From the IMG/VR virus record IMGVR_UViG_3300005805_006131, positions 1 to 38,813 of that record: 38,813 nucleotides of DNA; one strand, 5' to 3'. How positions within the stretch are numbered: the stretch's first letter is position 1; the number at the start of each line of letters is the position of its first letter. Both the position numbers and the translations under genes were made by a program. Positions 19,001 to 27,078 of this stretch are shown in pieces. Source of the stretch: a virus (taxonomy: Duplodnaviria; Caudoviricetes). The notes beneath the pieces were generated by a model. It made no database searches. It had not been told where the DNA came from and saw nothing but the letters and a program-made list of their open reading frames with translations.

Positions 19001-19608
19001 TCTTTGATTTTCCTAAATGCTGTTTGACTGGAATCTGGAATACGTAAGGGTTCAACCTTATGATAGTTACACCAAATAAAACTTTCTACAGCCATACGTG
19101 GACTCATTTGTATTGCCGGGAATCCTTTTTCATCATAATATCGCCAGCTATTGGTATCATCGCAAAGTATCACACCACCAAGTTCTAAACATCGCCATGC
19201 TAGAACAAGGTCACTGAGCACGGTGCTAGCAGTGTGGTCGCCATCTATATAAATTAGTTGAGCTTTTACACCTGCATTAATCAAATCCAATAATGCATCA
19301 CTGCTAAACTTTGGTATATATTCAACGTTTTTGTGTGAGTTATATTCTAAGTTTTTTAAGAAATTATTTTTAATAGGTGAGAAGTCGTCACATTTAATAT
19401 CAGGACTACCTACATGTGGATCTATGGCATAAATCTTAAACTTTGGATCAAAGCCCGATAATCTATCACTCATCCAAAATGTAGTTGAACCTTCAAATAC
19501 ACCAACTTCTATGATAGTGGATGGAATGCCAAAGGTTTTAACTAAAAATTCTATATTAGTATAGCTGCCGGCACCAACATTGAAGTCCTGTGTAAAAGTA
19601 TAGGTCAT
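18997..19608 (-). CDS. SAM-dependent methyltransferase (Methyltransf_24-like)
   Basis: IEVGVFEGST, YAIDP, LIYIDGDH, GGVILCDD. Confidence 0.88.
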   Translation of the reverse strand: MTYTFTQDFNVGAGSYTNIEFLVKTFGIPSTIIEVGVFEGSTTFWMSDRLSGFDPKFKIYAIDPHVGSPDIKCDDFSPIKNNFLKNLEYNSHKNVEYIPKFSSDALLDLINAGVKAQLIYIDGDHTASTVLSDLVLAWRCLELGGVILCDDTNSWRYYDEKGFPAIQMSPRMAVESFIWCNYHKVEPLRIPDSSQTAFRKIKE

Positions 19609-20210
19609 CGTTTGCGATAAACTTCAATATTTTTATCACTGTTGATATAAGGCCAACTGTTAACTAGATCAGCATATTTTAGAATTTCTGCTCTAACATC
19701 AAAAGCATCATCATTCCACATAACATATCCGTTAACATCTGCTCCTACTGGTACTAACCTTGCATGTTCGTTAACTAGAATTAAATGAGCTTGCGGTTTT
19801 AATGCTGTAAAAATACCCTGTATTTCTTTGGCTGGATCTTCAGTATGTTGTAACACTAAGATTGCTAGAGCAAGGTCAATACTATTCGCATCAGGAAAAG
19901 AATCTACACAGGCAAATAGTTTAGGTTGTGTTACGTATAGAGTGGCGAAAATCTTCATACTTTCGCTGATATCCATACCTAAGACCTTGCAGTTAAATTT
20001 TTCTATTAGAGCCTTGCTGACTCGTCCCATACCACAACCAAAGTCTAATACAGTACTGTTGGTGTTGCAGAGTTGTGCTTGATCCAATTTATTAATTAAG
20101 TAATCAGTTTCCATTTGAAACTTATAGGGTTGATTAGGATCTGGAGTCAACACTGTGGCTTTAGCCTGTTCAAACGTTACTACGTCAAATGCGCGGCTGA
20201 AATATTTCAT
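19605..20210 (-). CDS. Class I SAM-dependent methyltransferase
   Basis: VLDFGCGMGR, GMDIS..M, VLQH, LKP. Confidence 0.88.
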   Translation of the reverse strand: MKYFSRAFDVVTFEQAKATVLTPDPNQPYKFQMETDYLINKLDQAQLCNTNSTVLDFGCGMGRVSKALIEKFNCKVLGMDISESMKIFATLYVTQPKLFACVDSFPDANSIDLALAILVLQHTEDPAKEIQGIFTALKPQAHLILVNEHARLVPVGADVNGYVMWNDDAFDVRAEILKYADLVNSWPYINSDKNIEVYRKR

Positions 20211-20923
20211 TGGCTTAGATTGTCATTTCTTTCAGTGGTTCTACCATGTATGGGTCTTGCCTTAATGGTAGTATCATATCTTGGATCTACGTTTTTATCG
20301 TAAGCAAATAGACCTTGGTGTGTGATATTGAATAAATCTGCACGTAACATAATGTCCAATGGTGCGCAGATACCCATTTTAATCACATAGCTTAAAAGAT
20401 TCTTAGCCATTAATGGATCAATAGCATAAGCATGAGCTCTACACATAAAGAGATAGTTTGGACCTTCGCTGGCATGCGGTGGGATTGAATAAATGGTCCA
20501 ATTATTCATAGCCCATTCTTTACCGCCTAGATAAACCAAAGCATTTAAACTATCAACTTTTTCAAACTTCTTAACCATCACAGAATCATGTTCAAGAATA
20601 ACAATGGGTTGATCCATTTCTGCGCATAGTCGCCAAAGACTGATATGACTCAAAGCACAGGCTACTTCACCTCTGGTCAAGTAGTGATCCGTAACTTTGA
20701 TCATTTTAATTATACTGTCGTTTTGGCTATGTTCTGGCACTGTAATAGGATTATTGAGCCCATTAAATGCGTCCCAAATTTTGTATTTCATGCCTACCTG
20801 TTCGCAGCTTTGTTGACATCTAAGACTCATAGCCTCAGATTTCTCATTGCCGCGAACAGTAATTATATAAGCATGATCTACGTTACAGTTTCTACTATAG
20901 AATAAATTAAGTCCGTTTTTCAT
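20207..20923 (-). CDS. GT25-family glycosyltransferase
   Basis: GEVACALSHISLW, PIVILEHD, AHAYAI; real start likely ATG 20923 (MKNG) rather than 21004. Confidence 0.82.
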   Translation of the reverse strand: MKNGLNLFYSRNCNVDHAYIITVRGNEKSEAMSLRCQQSCEQVGMKYKIWDAFNGLNNPITVPEHSQNDSIIKMIKVTDHYLTRGEVACALSHISLWRLCAEMDQPIVILEHDSVMVKKFEKVDSLNALVYLGGKEWAMNNWTIYSIPPHASEGPNYLFMCRAHAYAIDPLMAKNLLSYVIKMGICAPLDIMLRADLFNITHQGLFAYDKNVDPRYDTTIKARPIHGRTTERNDNLSQ

Positions 20924-22628
20924 CCAGCACCCGTTGCAGTTCAGAATTATCAATTCTGCCAGGCTTATGTACCTGTAAGAGTATTCTAGCAGAAAGTGCA
21001 ACATTATTCAAGTGGTTTAGAGCATGAGTTAGCTCATCTTGAGTAATTTTTCCTTCCTTAATTCTCTGCTGCCATGGTGCGGTATATTCAAATTGAACAT
21101 CACATACTTCAATATCCACATCCTCATCAAATGCAATCAATGATTCAGTTTGTCCTGCTTGTGCTCTATCAAACAAATTGCGTTTGTTGAATAAATGGAA
21201 AAAACCTACGGTGATCAAATGTTTGTGTGTAGGATCATCCAATGCTGTATCACAGCGCCAATGCGGTACTTGTACTTCCCAAATTGCGCCGTTAGCACTG
21301 ATTCTATACATTTCCTTGATAGCCTTAACCAAATCAGTCTTTGTTTCACCAATATGTTCAAGAATGTCTTTGGCAAAGATGTGATCAAATTCATCATCCT
21401 TAAAGTTCCAAGGAAACTGATTGAGATCCATTTGAATGTCTGGTTTGACACGTTCGTTCTTATCCACATTGACAAAGTTATCAAACTTTTGCAGACCACA
21501 GCCCATATTCAATCGTTTGGTTACACGATCTTCATCTGGCATATCAATGTGTTTGAGGTTGAAACGTTGTTCCAACTTAGTATATAGATCCTGGAAAGTC
21601 TCATTCCATTTGTTGGGGCCACGTTGCCTAAACAGTTTCACACATGTATAATATGGGCTAGTATCAGCATCTGGACTGCCCGGTGTCCAAGTATGATAAG
21701 GCAATACTGGAACAATTACCCAAGTTTCCTTGCCCATAGCTGCTGCTAGATGTGCAATACTGGTACAGCTACTAATAACAATATCCAAGTTGGCAATAGC
21801 AGCCATAGTATCTTCCCAGCTTAATAGGAAGTGTTGTAGGTCATGCACACCGGCTGGTACTGTAATAGTATTATGATCTCGTTGCAAACTGTAGATTTGC
21901 AGTTCTTCGTATTTGGCTAAATTGGTAATAAAGTTAACTGGGAATCTACGGAATTGTTGATGTTCAAACTTTGGATTGCCGGCCCAGCGGATACCAACTT
22001 TAATCTTATCGCTTTTAATAAAGTTTTTCCAAATCTCCACAGATTCAGATTTTGGTGTTAGATATGGATCGCCTGGAAAGTCTTCAAATGTACAGCCTGA
22101 CAACCAACCTGCGCTGAAGCCTGGCACCCAAAAGTCATGTTGAACTTTATGTGCTTGATTACGTAGAATCACACCATCTACGCCTTGTATGCGTTGGAAT
22201 ACTGATACTAGTTCAGGTGCGGCTGCGATATAAACCTTACTTGCACCACGTTGTTTAAATACGGCGGCGAATCTAGCGTGAATAATTTCATCGCCATAGC
22301 CACCCTCTAAGCTAACGATAATGCTTTTACCACGTATATCATGCACATCTGGATTAAAGATTGGTGCATCTGTCTTTAGTGGTGGACTACCATAGACATT
22401 GAGGAATCGTCCATGTTCTAATAGTCGGCAACCGTTTTGGTAGTCACCATCTTGGATTTTAAACCAGCCGCGATTAAAGCAGTGTCTAAACCAAATGTCT
22501 TGAGTATTTTGTCCCTGTGCGTCTAAGATTTTATCTGCACCGATATCTTCCAATTTGTCAGATAAAACTCTAGCTTCTTTGTGTTTGCCCTCCAATTGGA
22601 GTTTCAACATCATATCGATTTCATGCAT
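20907..22628 (-). CDS. TPR-like/GT9-like glycosyltransferase fused to a SAM methyltransferase
   Basis: EGGYGDEI..ARF, KVGIRWAGNP, DT.AAIANLDIVIS..TS.AHLAAAMGK; C-terminal LNMGCG..VNVD..ILEH, DDPTH. Confidence 0.82.
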   Translation of the reverse strand: MHEIDMMLKLQLEGKHKEARVLSDKLEDIGADKILDAQGQNTQDIWFRHCFNRGWFKIQDGDYQNGCRLLEHGRFLNVYGSPPLKTDAPIFNPDVHDIRGKSIIVSLEGGYGDEIIHARFAAVFKQRGASKVYIAAAPELVSVFQRIQGVDGVILRNQAHKVQHDFWVPGFSAGWLSGCTFEDFPGDPYLTPKSESVEIWKNFIKSDKIKVGIRWAGNPKFEHQQFRRFPVNFITNLAKYEELQIYSLQRDHNTITVPAGVHDLQHFLLSWEDTMAAIANLDIVISSCTSIAHLAAAMGKETWVIVPVLPYHTWTPGSPDADTSPYYTCVKLFRQRGPNKWNETFQDLYTKLEQRFNLKHIDMPDEDRVTKRLNMGCGLQKFDNFVNVDKNERVKPDIQMDLNQFPWNFKDDEFDHIFAKDILEHIGETKTDLVKAIKEMYRISANGAIWEVQVPHWRCDTALDDPTHKHLITVGFFHLFNKRNLFDRAQAGQTESLIAFDEDVDIEVCDVQFEYTAPWQQRIKEGKITQDELTHALNHLNNVALSARILLQVHKPGRIDNSELQRVLDEKRT

Positions 22629-22670
22629 AGTTTTTCCTTTTGATTTAAATCAATGTTTAGTAATATAGCA

Positions 22671-22677
22671 TATTTAC
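22671..22677 (-). promoter_or_regulatory. Late-promoter-like GTAAATA at the head of the glycan cluster
   Basis: tatttac about 42 nt upstream of ATG 22628; SD AAGGA present. Confidence 0.45.
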
Positions 22678-22713
22678 TGTGACATGAGCAAGAGCCAAAA
22701 TAATCCAAAATCA

Positions 22714-25700
22714 TCAACTGCTTTTGATTGCACCTTGATGTGTGGGTCCAATACCAACTTGACTTGCGCTGATACCTTGATTTTGTAGTGATCCGCTGAA
22801 TAATTTGTTTGGATTAGCGCCCCAACCAAACAGTACATTGTTTGTATCAATCACATAGCTGTAATTATCAGTAGCGTAGACTTTATTATAGGTTGCAGCA
22901 CCAATCTGTGTTATAATACTGGTTGGAGTGGTATTAGATATGTAATCAGAGAAGGTACCAACTTGTACTGGACTGCTAGTGTCAATAATATTGTTATTAC
23001 CTTGTTGACCAGCACTACCGGCACCCCATGCCCTAGTTCTACCGTAGATATTATTTTGATAATTACCTATAGCAAAGCCAGCTTTAGCGTCTACTGAGCT
23101 CCATTTTTCACTTCCAATCTGCACTGGACTGCTTCTTGAAATTGTGGTATTATCACCAATACTTACAGTGCCAAATCCCCAACCAAACAATGTATTATCT
23201 GATCTAATCGCCCATGATCTTACATTGCCAGCAGCAATACTGGTCCAACTTGAGGTTCCAACCTGTACGGGGCTGCTTCTCGAAAGAGCCTCATTACTGC
23301 CTAATTCACCACTAGTGCCTAGTCCCCAAGTAAATAACCCGCCATCATTACGTATCGCCATAGTATGGGTTAATCCTGCAGATATAGTGGACCAACTGCT
23401 AGTTCCTACCTGTACAGGACTGCTTCTAGATAATGCCAATCCACTACCTAGCTGTCCAGAGGTACCTAATCCCCAAGTGTATAAGGCTCCACTACTATTC
23501 AATGCTAGACTAAACAAGGTTCCAGCTTGTACATTGGTCCAATCTGTAGCTGCTCCAACCTGTACTGGGCTACTACGATGATTTCTATCATTTAATCCTA
23601 ATCCACCATTAGTGTTCAATCCCCAAACAAATAATTGATTAGTATTGCTTCTAGCTAAGGTATGAGTATTGCCAAGTGCTACTTGATTCCAAGATGATGT
23701 TGTTCCAACCTGTACTGGACTACTACGGCTAATTGCAAATCCGTCTCCTAATTGACCACTAGTACCTAACCCCCAAGTAAATAATGCACCGTCGGTTCGT
23801 ATCGCTGCACTATATACAGTTCCTCCTGCTACTTGACTCCAACTGGATGTACCTACCTGCACTGGACTACTTCTAGATATTATAGTATTATTACCTAATT
23901 GACCACTTGTGCCTAATCCCCAAGTAAACAATGCACCATCATTTCTAATAGCTAAGGTATGTTGATCTCCTGCAACAATTTGAGCCCAACTATAGCTTGT
24001 AAATGTTCTAGCTGCAAAGTTACCCCAACCATACAAATAGTCACTGGTATCTGTGACCAAACTGTGACTGTATCCAGCAGCTACTTGGCTGTAATTGCTG
24101 GTGCTAAGTTGGTATGGCGCATTAAATTGGGTACTGATCTGCACTGGGCTGCTGCGATGGATTTGTGAGTTGTCTCCCAGCACCCCCGCGGTGTTAATCC
24201 CCCACAAGAATAAACTATAATTTGTGTCAACAGCAAATGTATTCTGAAAACCAACATCCACTAAACTCCAACTACTTGTTCCTACCTGTACAGGACTGCT
24301 GCGAGATAATGCCAACCCGCTACCTAATTCACCACTTGTTCCTAATCCCCAAGTAAATAATCCACCATCGTTTCTTATAGCCAGTGTAAAGTTAGTTCCT
24401 GCACCAATAGCTGTCCAACTACTTGTACCAACCTGTACAGGACTGCTACTAGATAATGCCAACCCGCTACCCAATTGACCACTTGTTCCTAATCCCCAGG
24501 TAAACAATCCGCCATCACTGCGTAAGGCCATTGAATGGGTTGATCCTGCTGAGACTGCTGACCAACTTGATGTTCCTACTTGAACTGGACTACTTCTAGT
24601 AAGAGCAGCATTACTACCTAATTGGCCACTTGTTCCCAATCCCCAAGTAAATAATCCACCATCACTGCGTAAGGCCATTGAATGGGTAAATCCTCCTGAG
24701 ACTGCTGACCAACTTGATGTACCAATTTGAACTGGACTGCTTCTAGATAATGCCAACCCGCTACCTAATTGACCACTTGTTCCTAATCCCCAGGTAAACA
24801 ATCCGCCATCGCTTCTTATTGCCATAATATTACCGAACCCACCACCAATTTGACTCCAACTTGAGGTGCCAACTTGTACAGGACTACTTCTAGATAATGC
24901 CAACCCGCTACCCAGCTGACCATTATTATTAAATCCCCAAGTAAACAATCCGCCATCATTTCTAATAGCTGCTATGTAGCCGCTGCCACCGTGAACTTTG
25001 GTCCAACTGCTAGCTCCTACCTGTACTGGACTACTTCTAGCAATGAGATCATTCTGCCCCAACTGTCCAAAAGCATTATCCCCCCAAGTAAATAATGCCC
25101 CATCACTACGAATAGCTGCGGAATTTTCACCGGTCCCAGAGCCCGCTATAGACAGCTGAGTCCAAGAATATACATTTGGTATTAGGAAGCTATCTGTGGC
25201 GCTTCGATTTACTATTAATCTAGCCTCACCCCAACCAAACAATTTATTACTGTTATCTATAGCTAGACTGTGATATAATCCACCACTGATCTGGCTCCAA
25301 CTCTTAGATCCAATTTGAACTGGACTGCTGCGATTTATTTGAGATCCGTCACCTAATTGTGCATTGGTATTAAATCCCCAAGTAAACAATACACTACCTG
25401 CGTTCAAAGCCATCATGTGGCTAGCACCTGCTGCCAATTGACTCCAACTATTGCTACCAATTTGAACTGGGCTGGCCACATAATAGGTTGATCCAACCTG
25501 CACTGGGCTACTGCGTTGAGCTGTCCAGTCACTGGTTGATGTTTGACCAACGGTAAGTCCAAGTTGACCTGATGATCCCAATCCCCAAGTAAACAAATTG
25601 CTGTCACTGCGTATAGCGCCTACGTGGGTTAGACCAGCAGTTACGGCGGTATAACTTGATGAGGTTACCTGCACTGGGCTGGCTTCAAATTGTGTGATGG

Positions 25701-27078
25701 TGGCCACTTGAACTGGTGATGATTTACTTACTATTGAATTATCACCAATTTCACCAAACAGATTTTCTCCCCATGCATACATTAAGTCTTGTGATGATAA
25801 CACGCCAACTACATTACTGTTACCTGTAGAAATTTGACTCCAACTCAACGTTCCCACTTGAACGGGGCTGCTGCGGGCAATTTTATCATTTTGTCCTAAT
25901 ACACCGTTAGTATTAGCTCCCCAAGTGAACAATGCACCATCTGCCCTTATTGCTGAGTAAAAATTCTCAGGACTCACGCTAACTGTGGTCCAACTTGATG
26001 TGCCCACCTGCACTGGGCTATTGCGATCAATCCTATCATTTAAGCCAAGTTCACCATTATTATTATTCCCCCAAGTAAATAAACCACCATCACTGCGAAT
26101 TGCGGCGGCGTTAACTCTTCCAGCACTTACTGAAGTCCATGAACTTGTTCCTATTTGAACTGGGGATGATTTATCTACTACTGTACCATCACCCAATTGA
26201 CTTTGAGCATTCTCCCCCCAACCAAATAATGCACCATCTATTCTAATTGCAAAAGATATTGCGCCTGTGTCGCCGCTGATCCCGCCTGCTGCAATTACAA
26301 TCCAGCTTGATGTGCCTACCTGCACTGGACTGCTGCGATGTGTCCTATCATTCAATCCTAGTCTACCAGTAGTGTTATCTCCCCAACTGAATAAACCACC
26401 ATCACTTCTTATTGCCAAACAATCACCGGGACCAGCAACCACCGCAGTCCAACTTGATGTACCAATTTGAACTGGACTGCTGCGATTGACCCTATCATTC
26501 AATCCTAACCCACCGTAGTCGTTTCTACCCCAAATAAACAAAGCACCATCTTTACGGATAGCCGAAGTTATTTTTGGTTCGTTGGCGATGCCGTAGTTGT
26601 TGCCCGCTGATACTTGTACCCAACTTGATGTTCCAATTTGTATAGGACTAGATTTGTCAATCCGGGTGTTATCACCCAAATTACCACCATATAGGTTTTG
26701 CCCCCACATAAACAACGCACCATCACTGCGTATGGCACCTGTATAATACTGCCCGGCTGCGATCTGGACCCAACTCAAAGGTACTTGCGGCAAAATACTG
26801 TTGTTATCTGTTAACCCTTGACTGGTTTCTCCCCAAGCATATAATGTACCGTCAGTTCGTAACGCATAAGCATTATTGGTTGAAGCGGCTACGGCGGTCC
26901 AACTGCTGGCCCCAATTTGCACCGGGCTACTATACTGTAAATCTGTTTGGGCACTGCCAACACCTAACTGACCCAGCGTGTTAATACCCCAGCTGAACAA
27001 TCCGCCATCATTCCTAATGGCATAGACATTGCTGACTCCAGCAGTTACAGCACTCCAGCTACTAGATCCTATCTTCAT
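22714..27078 (-). CDS. RCC1/BLIP-II repeat protein, second part (1454 aa)
   Basis: ~49-aa repeats SW..(V/I).AG....AIR.DG.LF.WG....GQLG.....RSSPVQ(V/I)GTS; starts in mid-repeat. Confidence 0.92.
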   Translation of the reverse strand: MKIGSSSWSAVTAGVSNVYAIRNDGGLFSWGINTLGQLGVGSAQTDLQYSSPVQIGASSWTAVAASTNNAYALRTDGTLYAWGETSQGLTDNNSILPQVPLSWVQIAAGQYYTGAIRSDGALFMWGQNLYGGNLGDNTRIDKSSPIQIGTSSWVQVSAGNNYGIANEPKITSAIRKDGALFIWGRNDYGGLGLNDRVNRSSPVQIGTSSWTAVVAGPGDCLAIRSDGGLFSWGDNTTGRLGLNDRTHRSSPVQVGTSSWIVIAAGGISGDTGAISFAIRIDGALFGWGENAQSQLGDGTVVDKSSPVQIGTSSWTSVSAGRVNAAAIRSDGGLFTWGNNNNGELGLNDRIDRNSPVQVGTSSWTTVSVSPENFYSAIRADGALFTWGANTNGVLGQNDKIARSSPVQVGTLSWSQISTGNSNVVGVLSSQDLMYAWGENLFGEIGDNSIVSKSSPVQVATITQFEASPVQVTSSSYTAVTAGLTHVGAIRSDSNLFTWGLGSSGQLGLTVGQTSTSDWTAQRSSPVQVGSTYYVASPVQIGSNSWSQLAAGASHMMALNAGSVLFTWGFNTNAQLGDGSQINRSSPVQIGSKSWSQISGGLYHSLAIDNSNKLFGWGEARLIVNRSATDSFLIPNVYSWTQLSIAGSGTGENSAAIRSDGALFTWGDNAFGQLGQNDLIARSSPVQVGASSWTKVHGGSGYIAAIRNDGGLFTWGFNNNGQLGSGLALSRSSPVQVGTSSWSQIGGGFGNIMAIRSDGGLFTWGLGTSGQLGSGLALSRSSPVQIGTSSWSAVSGGFTHSMALRSDGGLFTWGLGTSGQLGSNAALTRSSPVQVGTSSWSAVSAGSTHSMALRSDGGLFTWGLGTSGQLGSGLALSSSSPVQVGTSSWTAIGAGTNFTLAIRNDGGLFTWGLGTSGELGSGLALSRSSPVQVGTSSWSLVDVGFQNTFAVDTNYSLFLWGINTAGVLGDNSQIHRSSPVQISTQFNAPYQLSTSNYSQVAAGYSHSLVTDTSDYLYGWGNFAARTFTSYSWAQIVAGDQHTLAIRNDGALFTWGLGTSGQLGNNTIISRSSPVQVGTSSWSQVAGGTVYSAAIRTDGALFTWGLGTSGQLGDGFAISRSSPVQVGTTSSWNQVALGNTHTLARSNTNQLFVWGLNTNGGLGLNDRNHRSSPVQVGAATDWTNVQAGTLFSLALNSSGALYTWGLGTSGQLGSGLALSRSSPVQVGTSSWSTISAGLTHTMAIRNDGGLFTWGLGTSGELGSNEALSRSSPVQVGTSSWTSIAAGNVRSWAIRSDNTLFGWGFGTVSIGDNTTISRSSPVQIGSEKWSSVDAKAGFAIGNYQNNIYGRTRAWGAGSAGQQGNNNIIDTSSPVQVGTFSDYISNTTPTSIITQIGAATYNKVYATDNYSYVIDTNNVLFGWGANPNKLFSGSLQNQGISASQVGIGPTHQGAIKSS
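24127..25167 (-). repeat. 147-nt near-identical tandem repeats (propeller K)
   Basis: agataatgccaacccgctacc at 24304, 24451, 24745, 24892 (offsets are multiples of 147). Confidence 0.9.

Noticed and set aside
20924-21004. N-terminal extension of the GT25 ORF
   Set aside because: Would overlap the upstream gene by about 100 nt; ATG 20923 gives a typical short overlap
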